From Desulfosoma sp. (GTDB taxonomy: Bacteria > Desulfobacterota > Syntrophobacteria > Syntrophobacterales > DSM-9756): a stretch of DNA of 64,000 nucleotides. The notes beneath the pieces were generated by a model that worked only from the letters and a program-made list of their open reading frames with translations, ran no database searches and was not told where the DNA came from. Position numbers and translations under genes: made by a program. This document shows, piece by piece, positions 11,039 through 19,952 of this stretch. Position 1 is the stretch's first letter, and each line of letters opens with the position of its first letter. The DNA lies in assembly GCA_037481835.1 (NCBI GenBank), contig JBBFKW010000012.1, positions 93,505-157,504 of the forward strand, given 5' to 3'.

Positions 11039-12289
11039 TCAGACCCAACCGCGCAGCTTGCACGCTTCCGCCACTCGAGCCACACTCACCAAGTAGGCGG
11101 CCTCTCTCAAGTTCGTTTTGTGGCGCGTCGCCATGTCGAAGACGGCGTGGAAAGCGCGGGTCATCTTGTCGTCCAGGCGCGTATGGACGTCCTTGATTTC
11201 CCAATAAAAATTGTAAGTGTTCTGCACTTGTTCGAAATAGGACACCGTCACCCCGCCGGCGTTGGCTAAAAAGTCCGGAAGCACCAGGATCCCTTTGTCA
11301 TGGAGAATGGCGTCGGCTTCCGGCGTTGTCGGTCCGTTGGCCAATTCGCACATGATGCGGGCGCGAAGGCGGGGAGCGTTTTCTTCGGTGATGGCGTTTT
11401 CCAGGGCGGAGGGGAAAAGGACCGTGACGTCCAGTTCCAGGAGTTCCTCGTTACTCAGGGATTCGCCGCCGGGAAAGCCTGCAACCGTGCCTGTGTGCTT
11501 CTTGTGATGGATGAGAGCCGCCGGGTCCATGCCCTTTGGGTTGTAAACGGCTCCTTTGGAATCGGATGCGGCCACAAGTTTGAGGCCCAGGATTTCCGAA
11601 CCCAGCAGCGCCGCGTATTGCCCCGCATTGCCGAAGCCCTGCACCGCCATGGTGCCTCCGTCCAAGGAAATTCCATAGGCCTTGGCCGCCTCCCGCGTCA
11701 CGTAAATGCCTCCTCGCGCCGTAGCGTCATGCCGGCCCAGGGATCCTCCGAGGGGGACGGGTTTTCCCGTAATGACACCGGGATGATGCTCGCCCACGAG
11801 GGTTTCGTACTCGTCCATCATCCAGGCCATGATTTGCGGCGTGGTATAGACATCAGGAGCCGGCACATCTTTGGTGACCGCCACAATCCCGGCGATGGCC
11901 CTCATGTAGGCTCGAGCCAGCCGCTCCTTTTCCCCTTCCGAAAGTTCCTTGGGATTGCACACAATCCCGCCTTTGCCTCCTCCCAGGGGAATGTCCACCA
12001 CGGACGTCTTCCACGTCATCCATGCCGCCAAGGCACGAACGGTGTCGAGCGTCTCATCGGGATGCCAGCGCAATCCCCCTTTGGCCGGACCTCGGGCCGT
12101 ATTGTATTGGACGCGAAAACCTCGAAAAATCTTTGTGGTCCCATCGTCCATCCGAACCGGCATGGTAAAGGTGTACTCTCTCATGGGCCAGCGCAAGAGC
12201 TCGTGGGTGGCCTCATCCAACCCCAACTTTTCGGCGGCCCGGTCCAATTGCTTCTGGGCCATAACAAACGGGTTGAGTCGCTCTGTCAT
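11039..12289 (-). CDS. gdhA: Glutamate dehydrogenase (Glu/Leu/Phe/Val family)
   Basis: [53 protein letters not shown]. Confidence 0.93.
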   Translation of the reverse strand: MTERLNPFVMAQKQLDRAAEKLGLDEATHELLRWPMREYTFTMPVRMDDGTTKIFRGFRVQYNTARGPAKGGLRWHPDETLDTVRALAAWMTWKTSVVDIPLGGGKGGIVCNPKELSEGEKERLARAYMRAIAGIVAVTKDVPAPDVYTTPQIMAWMMDEYETLVGEHHPGVITGKPVPLGGSLGRHDATARGGIYVTREAAKAYGISLDGGTMAVQGFGNAGQYAALLGSEILGLKLVAASDSKGAVYNPKGMDPAALIHHKKHTGTVAGFPGGESLSNEELLELDVTVLFPSALENAITEENAPRLRARIMCELANGPTTPEADAILHDKGILVLPDFLANAGGVTVSYFEQVQNTYNFYWEIKDVHTRLDDKMTRAFHAVFDMATRHKTNLREAAYLVSVARVAEACKLRGWV

Positions 12290-12376
12290 GTCCTCTCCTT
12301 TCCACTTCGCGAGATTTTGGGATGAACGACAAGAAGCCTCACAGGTTCCACGCACCATTCAGGGAACACTTTCCGC

Positions 12377-12405
12377 TTGACATCCTTAACCTGTCATTCT
12401 AAAAG
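12377..12405 (+). promoter_or_regulatory. Putative sigma-70 promoter for the FMN glutamate synthase gene
   Basis: TTGACA-17 nt-TAAAAG. Confidence 0.55.
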
Positions 12406-12439
12406 TCAGCTCCGACTTTTAAGTGGCGATAAAACCCTG

Positions 12440-12531
12440 CGCACAACGGCGTGCGGCTTCCAAGGGTTTTTGGGGACGAGGGCGTCCGATCTTTCTCCCG
12501 TAAAAGGGGGGAAGCGGGCGCTTTTTTATTT
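12440..12531 (+). promoter_or_regulatory. ANTAR-type dual-hexaloop leader with overlapping intrinsic terminator
   Basis: P1 CGCAC-AACGGC-GTGCG (12440-55), P2 GGAC-GAGGGC-GTCC (12474-87) overlapping the 5' arm of a hairpin 12479-12524 followed by a T tract. Confidence 0.65.
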
Positions 12532-12566
12532 CGGGGCACCTTACTTTTTAGGAGGAGGACTAAAGC

Positions 12567-14132
12567 ATGTCTTACAGCCAGCCGAACCGCAGTGCAGCTA
12601 CCCTGACCACCACCCGAGTGGAACCGGCTCCCATCTCCGGCATCTGCGTCACGTGCCTGGACGGCTGTGAAGGGCCGTGCGAAATCGGCCGTTCCGCCCT
12701 CAAAGGCCGTGAGATGATCTACCCTCAGCCCTTCGGTAAGATCACGGCGGGGGCCAACAAAGATTACCCCGTGGATTTTTCCCACTTCAACATTCAAGGC
12801 ACCTGTGTGGGTGCGGTGGGCGTGGCGGCCGATCCGGACGTGGCCACGTTCCCCGCTGTGGACTGCACGACGGCGGTCGGCGCCGACGGATCCATCAAGT
12901 TGGATTTTCCGGTTTTCACGGGAGCTGTGGGTTCGACGGATATCGCTCGCATCAATTGGGAAGACGTGGCCGTAGGCGCCGCCATTTCCGGGGTATTGGT
13001 CGTGGCGGGGGAAAACATTTGCGGCATGGACCCTCAGGCCGAAATCAAGAACGGCCGGGTCGTCAAGTCCCCCGAAATGGAACGGCGCGTGTCCGCTTTC
13101 AAGCGCTGGTACAACGGCAAGGGCGGCATTATCGTCCAGGCCAACGTGGAAGATACCAAGCTGGGTGTTCCCGAATACGTCATCGAAAAACTGGGCATTG
13201 AAATTTTTGAGCTCAAATGGGGTCAAGGCGCCAAGGACATCGGCGGTGAAGTGAAGCTGCCCACCATCGAGCGGGCCCTTCAGCTGAAGGAACGCGGCTA
13301 CATCGTTTTGCCCGACCCCACACGACCTGCGGTGCAAAAAGCCTTTCAGTCGGGCGGCATCACGGAATTCGAACGCCATTCCCGACTTGGAATGGTGGAC
13401 GAAGAAGGCTTCTACAAGGAAGTGGAACGGCTGCGCACGGTGGGCGCCAAGTACGTGACCCTCAAAACCGGTGCCTACCGTCCCGCCGATTTGGCACGAG
13501 CCATCAAGTATTCTTCGGAAGCCAAGATCGATTTGCTCACCATCGACGGCGCCGGCGGTGGAACGGGCATGAGCCCGTGGCGGATGATGAACGAATGGGG
13601 CATCCCCACGGTCTACCTGGAATGCATGACCTATGAGATGTGCGAAAAGCTTCGAGCCAAAGGGGCGTATATTCCGCCCATCGCCATCGCGGGCGGCTTG
13701 AGCCTGGAAGACCACTTGTTCAAGGCCATTGCGTTGGGGGCCCCCTACGTCAAGGCCATTTGTTTGGGCCGGGCCATCTTGACCGCCGCCATGGTCGGCA
13801 AGACCCATGGGAAGCTCATGGCGGAGAAAATGACCCAGCAGGGACGGCGCCTGGAAGAAGGCTATCTTTCCTTGTTCGCCGTCGGCGCACAGCTCAAGGA
13901 ACGCTTTGGGGACGACTTCGAAAAGCTCCCGCCCGGCGCCATCGGCATGTACTCCTATATCGATCGCTTGCGCCAGGGCCTCCAGCAGCTCATGGCCGGA
14001 GCGCGCAAGTTTGCGCTTCGATACATCGACCGTAATGACATTGTGGCCCTGACCCGAGAAGCCGCGGAAATTTCCGGCATCCCCTACGTCATGGACAGCG
14101 ACCGCGAGGAAATCGAAAAAATCCTCGGCTAA
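12567..14132 (+). CDS. Stand-alone FMN-binding glutamate synthase family subunit with N-terminal Cys cluster
   Basis: CVTCLDGCEGPC, ELKWGQGAKDIGGE, TIDGAGGGTG, AIAGG, ALGA; AGGAGG RBS. Confidence 0.9.
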   Translation: MSYSQPNRSAATLTTTRVEPAPISGICVTCLDGCEGPCEIGRSALKGREMIYPQPFGKITAGANKDYPVDFSHFNIQGTCVGAVGVAADPDVATFPAVDCTTAVGADGSIKLDFPVFTGAVGSTDIARINWEDVAVGAAISGVLVVAGENICGMDPQAEIKNGRVVKSPEMERRVSAFKRWYNGKGGIIVQANVEDTKLGVPEYVIEKLGIEIFELKWGQGAKDIGGEVKLPTIERALQLKERGYIVLPDPTRPAVQKAFQSGGITEFERHSRLGMVDEEGFYKEVERLRTVGAKYVTLKTGAYRPADLARAIKYSSEAKIDLLTIDGAGGGTGMSPWRMMNEWGIPTVYLECMTYEMCEKLRAKGAYIPPIAIAGGLSLEDHLFKAIALGAPYVKAICLGRAILTAAMVGKTHGKLMAEKMTQQGRRLEEGYLSLFAVGAQLKERFGDDFEKLPPGAIGMYSYIDRLRQGLQQLMAGARKFALRYIDRNDIVALTREAAEISGIPYVMDSDREEIEKILG

Positions 14133-14212
14133 GGGCCGAAAAGGCGTCATCGCCGATCACCGATCCGGGGCTGCCTCAGCCCCGGGCAGTCACTTGAAGA
14201 AAGGAGTCCACC

Positions 14213-14419
14213 ATGTCCAAGAACGTTTGCGCCCATCTGTGCAAATCCTGCTATGCCGCTCACGTGTGCGCCGTCAACGCCATCACCGAACTCAACGGGA
14301 CGGTGCTCATCAACTCTGAAAAATGCATCGGGTGCGGATCCTGCCGGACCGCTTGCGTCGCCTTCGGGTATAAGGCGCTGCAGAACAAATCGGCAGCGTC
14401 TTTTATGAAAGAAGCTTAA
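14213..14419 (+). CDS. Small 4Fe-4S ferredoxin
   Basis: CAHLCKSC....CAVNAI and CIGCGSCRTAC; AAGGAG RBS. Confidence 0.85.
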   Translation: MSKNVCAHLCKSCYAAHVCAVNAITELNGTVLINSEKCIGCGSCRTACVAFGYKALQNKSAASFMKEA

Positions 14420-14497
14420 TCCTGCGCATCCCTCAAGGGCATGGCCGGGGTTCGGGGACTCCCCCGCGCCTCGGCCGGCCCACAAACGCCCTCCCCA

Positions 14498-15796
14498 TTA
14501 TCGTACGACCACCCAAAAGAGGCGGGCCGTCTCAGGGGTGGTGTTTTGCCATTCCTCGGGAATTTCCGCCGCCAGATCAATCACGTCTCCTTTGCGTGCC
14601 GTAAAGGTTTTGTGTCCCAGCCGAAAGGCCACCGTTCCCACCACAACGCAGCCCAGCTCATGGCCTTTGCTTTTGAAAAAGTGCGTGCGGGCATGACTCC
14701 CGGGATCCAGCTCGATGAGATAAGGCTGGGCTCTGGCTCCAAAGTCCCACGGGGCAAAGGCTTTCACCCGAATGCCCGGGGACATGGGTCCGAGGGTTTT
14801 CACCACCAGGGCATCGGCCTCGCACAAGACGGGGCTCCCTTCCCCAGAGGTTTCTTCGCCGAAAAATGAGGCCACCGGCACCTGGAGGACTTCGGCCATC
14901 TTCAACAGCGCCGGGACAGATGGGTAGATGAGGTTGCTTTCCACCTGGGAGATGCTGCTCGGGGTCACCCCGACCAATCGCGCCAGTTCCGTTTGGGACA
15001 GGCCTCTTTCGGTCCGCACATGCCGAAGACGCCGCCCGATGCCCGCACGATCGCTCCCCCGAACGTCTTGCCCGAAAACCACCTGAGGGCCGTCCGTCCA
15101 GTAAATCACGGGATCGCCCAGGGAAGGGACTTTTCGTCCTTCGGCTTTCAGGACTGTGAGGGTCGTCGTGCCCCGCTTGACGGCCAATTCGATGACCACC
15201 TGGGCGATTTGATTGACCTGGGCCCGAAGCTTCGGGGAATGAGCTTTCTTTTCCATGATCCAGTAGGCCACGGTGCGCAACTCGTAGAGTCGCGGGCATG
15301 AATGGGTGTAAAAGCGGGCCATATTCTCCTCACCGCCCCACAGCTCTTGCATCCCCGTGAGACTCTCGAAGACGAACCCCACCACTCCGGACAGCTCGCT
15401 GTGGAGCCGGTAAAGGGCGTCCATGAAAACCTCCACGTCGCCGGGCCGGTCCACGCAGTGAATACGACACGGCCACGCTCTGGCCTCCTGCTCGTAGAAA
15501 CTGACAAAAGGCGGGGATCCTCTGCCTTTTCCAAGCGTGAAACAGTCCATGAGAATAAAGAGCGGATGCCGGGCGACGGATCCCAAACGTTCCAGAAGGT
15601 TCCTCGGAGAACGGTCAAAACTCGCATAGATCACCGGCCGCCCTTCCTCGAGACATTGCTCCATAAAACGAAGGCAAAAGACGGGAGCGAGACTCCCCGC
15701 GTCATCATACCAAATGACGTTGTCCCCAATGAGAATGCCCTCGAGCAAGCGATCCAAATCGGGAATGCCGGAGATAATGGTTTCTTTTTCGGGCAT
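14498..15796 (-). CDS. Transcriptional regulator: RecA/KaiC-like N-terminal domain + XRE HTH + cupin
   Basis: SGIPDLDRLLEG start; GLSQTELARLVGVTPSSISQVE HTH; C-terminal cupin. Confidence 0.85.
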   Translation of the reverse strand: MPEKETIISGIPDLDRLLEGILIGDNVIWYDDAGSLAPVFCLRFMEQCLEEGRPVIYASFDRSPRNLLERLGSVARHPLFILMDCFTLGKGRGSPPFVSFYEQEARAWPCRIHCVDRPGDVEVFMDALYRLHSELSGVVGFVFESLTGMQELWGGEENMARFYTHSCPRLYELRTVAYWIMEKKAHSPKLRAQVNQIAQVVIELAVKRGTTTLTVLKAEGRKVPSLGDPVIYWTDGPQVVFGQDVRGSDRAGIGRRLRHVRTERGLSQTELARLVGVTPSSISQVESNLIYPSVPALLKMAEVLQVPVASFFGEETSGEGSPVLCEADALVVKTLGPMSPGIRVKAFAPWDFGARAQPYLIELDPGSHARTHFFKSKGHELGCVVVGTVAFRLGHKTFTARKGDVIDLAAEIPEEWQNTTPETARLFWVVVR

Positions 15797-16021
15797 CGAA
15801 TCACACTCCTTGGGAAAAGAAGAAATTGTTCACCGTGACGTTAGCCGAGGCCGGCTTCCGCGTCAATGCGGGGCCGGTCTTCGGCCCAGGCTGAAGAAGC
15901 ATCCTTGTCCGATGGGAAGTTTTTGCGCCGGCAACCACTCTATGCTAGTCTGCACGTGGATAATTCTTGGAAGGCCCAAAGGAACCGCCGAGGCACCCTC
16001 ATCGCGGCCGCGGGGAAAAGC

Positions 16022-16453
16022 ATGCGCCCAGAGGAACCCAACGACAAGGACGACGTGGCCACCTGGGCCTCTTTGTGCCATTTCAGCGCTCTTCTCGGGG
16101 CAATTTGGTGGATTCCCGCGAGCACGCTATGGCTGCCCGTGGGCCACGTGCTGTGTCCTTTGGGCGTGTGGCTTGTGAAACGAAAAAAGTCGCCGAAAAT
16201 CGATTGGGCCGGCAGGGAATCTTTGAATTTTCAGCTGAGCATGACCGCTTACGGTGTTTTGGGCGCCATGGTGCTCCCCGGCATGGGCGCCACCCTATGG
16301 CTGTGGGCCGTCGCCCTCACGGACCTTTATTGGATCGCCCGGGCCGGTGTCGCCGCCAGTGAAGGGCGCTTCTTTCACTACCCCCTCATTGTCTGGCGGC
16401 TTTTCAAGGAAACGGAAGCCATTCGGGCCCTTCGCGAAAAAGACCCCGATTGA
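16022..16453 (+). CDS. DUF4870-like membrane protein
   Basis: WASLCHFS, GRESLNFQLS, FFHYPL. Confidence 0.8.
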   Translation: MRPEEPNDKDDVATWASLCHFSALLGAIWWIPASTLWLPVGHVLCPLGVWLVKRKKSPKIDWAGRESLNFQLSMTAYGVLGAMVLPGMGATLWLWAVALTDLYWIARAGVAASEGRFFHYPLIVWRLFKETEAIRALREKDPD

Positions 16454-16475
16454 CCCTTGCCCCCAAAGGCGTGTT

Positions 16476-16967
16476 ATGGATTCTTCACACGAAAGACTGG
16501 TGCCCCTCTTGAGGGAAGGCGTGGATGTGATCAAAATGGTGCTGTTTAAGCACCTGAAAGAGCACATCCGCGCGACACATGGCGCCCTGGAGCCAACCCA
16601 GGTCGTCCGGTTGACGGGAGCGGCGGTCAATGAGTTGTTCGGGCACGTTCCTGCCGAAGAACCCCATCTGTCCTTTGCGTTGCGTCACGGCGAGCTCATT
16701 GAAAACATCTTGCGGGAAATCCCCTCGGCGCTGGCCCCTCTAAGAGCCCCCCTCACCGACGCCTTGCGCATGCAGTGCCTATGCGACAGCTACGAAGGGA
16801 GAGATTCCACTCAGGTTCTCAGTCGGGCCAAAGAACTGGGAATCCTCGTCCTGGAGCGCGACGTGCCCCTCCCGGCATCCTTTATGAGCCTGGTGCGCAG
16901 CTGGGGCATCGCAAGTGGCCTTCTCGCCCCTTCCCCCGCAGCACCCCCTTCTTCGTCGGTGGCTTAG
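16476..16967 (+). CDS. Hypothetical protein
   Basis: Coding-like ORF directly after the DUF4870 gene. Confidence 0.65.
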   Translation: MDSSHERLVPLLREGVDVIKMVLFKHLKEHIRATHGALEPTQVVRLTGAAVNELFGHVPAEEPHLSFALRHGELIENILREIPSALAPLRAPLTDALRMQCLCDSYEGRDSTQVLSRAKELGILVLERDVPLPASFMSLVRSWGIASGLLAPSPAAPPSSSVA

Positions 16968-17021
16968 AATTCATAAGACCAGAGCGCAAGGACATCCCAG
17001 GTGCGAAGCTACTCAGATTTT

Positions 17022-17112
17022 GTTGGGGTTCGCTGCGCTCACCCCAACCTACATCGCCGCCCAACATCCTTGAATAAAATCGTAGGTTGGGGTGAGCGAA
17101 GCGAACCCCAAC
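17022..17112. repeat. Inverted pair of GTAG-family REP elements
   Basis: 17022-17052 and 17082-17112 are 31-nt inverted copies (1 mismatch) of GTAGGTTGGGGTGAGCGMAGCGAACCCCAAC. Confidence 0.85.
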
Positions 17113-17198
17113 TCAGATCCAGGTCGGGCGACACTACGAACCACGAAAGCCCTGCCCTCTCAGATTCCCAGCGCGACTTTTATATAGAGCACCGAGAG

Positions 17199-17227
17199 TT
17201 GACAGAGCCGCTCAAAGCCTTTAGGCT
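17199..17227 (+). promoter_or_regulatory. Putative sigma-70 promoter of gspG
   Basis: TTGACA-17-TAGGCT. Confidence 0.5.
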
Positions 17228-17313
17228 TCGTGTGCGAAAATAAGGAACAATCTTTCCAAATGAAATTCTTCAACCGGCTGAAGGCTTCCGGCATGAGAGG
17301 CGAGGCGGACGTG

Positions 17314-17769
17314 ATGAACGAGACAAGGAAAAGGGAAGGGCAACGCAGGGAGAGATTCGGCGGGCGGGACCGGCGAGGTTTTACCCTGATCGAACTTTTG
17401 ATCGTCATGGTGATCTTGGGCCTTTTGGCGGCCTTGGTTGCGCCCAAGATGTTCCAGAAAGTCGGCACATCCAAGATCAAGGCGGCAAAAGCCCAGATCG
17501 CCCTGTTGGGAACGGCCCTGGACGCCTACCGCTTGGACGTGGGGCGCTACCCGAGCACCGAACAGGGCCTGTCGGCTCTTCGGGTCAATCCGGGTTTCGA
17601 CACGTGGGACGGCCCCTACCTGCCCAAAGACGTGCCCAAGGATCCGTGGGGGCGGGACTACGTGTACCGCTGCCCCGGCCAGCACGGGGACTATGACCTA
17701 TATTCCCTGGGTGCCGATGGTCAGGAAGGCGGCGAAGGCGAAAACGCCGACGTGGCCAGCTGGCAGTAA
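17314..17769 (+). CDS. gspG: Type II secretion major pseudopilin GspG
   Basis: G|FTLIELLIVMVILG, YRLDVGRYP, WDGPYL, DPWG, SLGADGQEGG; start approximate. Confidence 0.92.
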   Translation: MNETRKREGQRRERFGGRDRRGFTLIELLIVMVILGLLAALVAPKMFQKVGTSKIKAAKAQIALLGTALDAYRLDVGRYPSTEQGLSALRVNPGFDTWDGPYLPKDVPKDPWGRDYVYRCPGQHGDYDLYSLGADGQEGGEGENADVASWQ

Positions 17770-17858
17770 CCTGGGAACCATCGAGCACGGCCGAGGGGTT
17801 GGAAGCCCATGAAACGGGCCTCACCCCCCACCGTGACCGTCCGCAGTCCCCTTTGCGC

Positions 17859-19250
17859 TTACGCGCACCGATAGGTTTCTTCCGTCTCCGTGTCCCAGCC
17901 GTCCCAGAGATAGGCGTCTTCCCGCCCCTGGGCGATCACCCGAAAGGCGTACCGGACCTGTTCCTCATAGAACCGGCAGTACGGACTCGGCGCACCCAGC
18001 GTGCCGTGAACCGCGCCCACTTCGGCGGGACACGGCGCACCGCAAAAATGCCGGACGGCGCAACGCCGACACGGCTCGATCCCTTCCACCACTCGAGAAG
18101 TCACCGCCCGGAAGGGCTCGCTTTTCAGCACCGCGTCCAGATCGTCCTGAAAGAGATTCCCGCCGCAATATTCGGGAAACCCGAGGAACTCGCTGCAAGG
18201 AAAAACATCCCCGCGGGCGGAGACGGCCATGAAACACCTCCCGCCGCCGCACGGGGAAATGTCGCACATGAGGCGACGACCCGTCGGTCCCAGGATCCCA
18301 GCCAAAACGTTGGCGAAGTTGGCGACGACAAGCCTTCGCCCCGTGTGCTCGAACAGGGCGTAGGTTCGATCCAGCGCCGCGCAAAACGCCTCCGCCAAGA
18401 CGGTGTCGTCCGGCTTGAGGGCCATGCCGCCGCTGCGCGTGCAGCGCACCGGATTGAACATCACGACCCGGACACCGGCATCGTGATAAAAATCCGCGAG
18501 TTCCGGAAGCAACGCCACATTTTCACGGGTGACCGTCGTGATGACGTTGAAGGCCGGATAGGAGGCCAGGCGCTCCATGACCCGGACCACGTGCGCGAAG
18601 GCCCCATGCCCATGCCAGTTCTTTCGAACGGCGTCGGCCGCCCGGGTTTCATGGGCGTCCAAGGAAATGCCGACGCCCACGCCCCGGGACGTGAGAAATT
18701 CGATGGCCTCTTCGTCCAAAAGAGTGGCATTGGTCTGGATCCCGAAAAGAAATCGGTCGCGGAAGCGGTCGATGGCGGCAAAGACGGCCTCTCGGGCCAA
18801 CATGGGCTCTGAGCCGTGGAAGATGCATTGGGGCCTGATCCCGGGCTCCAAGGTCCGGTCGAAGTACGCCGCAAGGCGTTCCAACGCCTCTCCGACCTCC
18901 TCCACGCTCATGGTCTTGCCTGCCCGGCGCATCTCTTCCGGCAGATAGCAGTACGTGCAGTTGAAGTTACACCGCTCCGTGGGATTGAAATAGACCGCCG
19001 AAGGCTTCAAGCGGAAGCGAAGCTGATCCATTTCGTCCCTGAAAGTTTCCTGTTGATCCAGGAAAGCTTCCACCACACGCCCCGAAAGAGCATCCGGCAG
19101 CCCGTTGCCGTCCACAACAGCCCAAAAGGCGCTGTCCGGCTCCACCACCGCGACCCGGTCGGGTAAACCGATGTCCAAAACGGAAAAGGAAGGGCCCGCT
19201 CCGCTGTTGGCATAGCGGGGGCGGCCCGTTTTGAAAACCCCGTCGTTCAT
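17859..19250 (-). CDS. cbpB: Peptide-modifying radical SAM/SPASM enzyme CbpB
   Basis: CNFNCTYC; SPASM CGGGRC...PC...CRRCAVRHFCGAPC; abuts the precursor ORF. Confidence 0.85.
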   Translation of the reverse strand: MNDGVFKTGRPRYANSGAGPSFSVLDIGLPDRVAVVEPDSAFWAVVDGNGLPDALSGRVVEAFLDQQETFRDEMDQLRFRLKPSAVYFNPTERCNFNCTYCYLPEEMRRAGKTMSVEEVGEALERLAAYFDRTLEPGIRPQCIFHGSEPMLAREAVFAAIDRFRDRFLFGIQTNATLLDEEAIEFLTSRGVGVGISLDAHETRAADAVRKNWHGHGAFAHVVRVMERLASYPAFNVITTVTRENVALLPELADFYHDAGVRVVMFNPVRCTRSGGMALKPDDTVLAEAFCAALDRTYALFEHTGRRLVVANFANVLAGILGPTGRRLMCDISPCGGGRCFMAVSARGDVFPCSEFLGFPEYCGGNLFQDDLDAVLKSEPFRAVTSRVVEGIEPCRRCAVRHFCGAPCPAEVGAVHGTLGAPSPYCRFYEEQVRYAFRVIAQGREDAYLWDGWDTETEETYRCA

Positions 19251-19370
19251 TTACTTGTCCTGTTTTTCATTCTTCGTGGGGGTGAGCAGAATGTAATGGG
19301 AAAGCCCCGTGGAGTCGCCAAGCTTGCGACAACGCCGCCGATAAGAAATGATGCGAGCTTCTTTCTTCAT
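19251..19370 (-). CDS. cbpA: RiPP precursor peptide CbpA (39 aa)
   Basis: MKKEARIISYRRRCRKLGDSTGLSHYILLTPTKNEKQDK; GGGAGG RBS; TAA adjacent to cbpB ATG. Confidence 0.85.
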   Translation of the reverse strand: MKKEARIISYRRRCRKLGDSTGLSHYILLTPTKNEKQDK

Positions 19371-19422
19371 GCCGTTTCCTCCCATCTTCTCTTTTGAATT
19401 GACCTCACAAGGACTGCGGACC

Positions 19423-19470
19423 AAAGAAAAAGCCCGGAGCAATCCGCATCATGCGATTCGCTCCGGGCTT
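19423..19470 (-). terminator. Riboswitch expression-platform terminator
   Basis: GCCCGGAGC...GCTCCGGGC followed by TTTTTCTTT on the minus strand. Confidence 0.85.
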
Positions 19471-19497
19471 CCTTTGCCATCGGTGACCCAGCATTGC

Positions 19498-19669
19498 GTC
19501 TTCCAGCAGGTCTTCTGGCTCTCGGATCCTCTGAAGGGCCGCGGCCTTCCCCCCGGGGTGGACCCCGAAAGTGACCGGTCCGGATCATCGGACCTCTGCG
19601 CCCCTTCATCCCCGATCACAGCGGCGGGACCGCCACGGATTTGCACCGTGTTCCGGGATGCTGAAAGAC
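19498..19669 (-). ncRNA. Cobalamin riboswitch
   Basis: GGAA-CACGGTGCAAATCCGTG, GCGGTCCCGCCGCTGTGA, CACT...GGGAAGG, B12 box GAGCCAGAAGACCTGC; closing helix GTCTTTCAGCA/TGCTGGAAGAC. Confidence 0.92.
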
Positions 19670-19881
19670 TTTATGCCATCAGCGAGCTTTTTCCCATAAG
19701 GATCCCATTTTGTCAATATGGCGCTTGAGCCTTTCACACCCATTGCGGTCCGGCAAAAAACCGCCTGTTCTGGCTCGGGGCCGGCTTGTTCTGCGGGGGG
19801 CAGGCACGCCCAATTCTATAAACGAGAAAAGATCGCAAGGAAAGCCCGGGACCTATGCGACTTACGAGAACGAGCGGGCAT

Positions 19882-19910
19882 AAAAAAAGCGGGGGGAACA
19901 CCCCCGCTTT
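19882..19910 (-). terminator. hsp20 intrinsic terminator
   Basis: GCGGGGG stem with 7 T. Confidence 0.8.
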
Positions 19911-19952
19911 GTGCGCTGAACCCCTCAAAGGGGCTCACGTTTCGCTTCCCCA

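Noticed and set aside
17022..17112. Possible mini-CRISPR
   Set aside because: Repeats are inverted, only two, and REP-like; no cas genes
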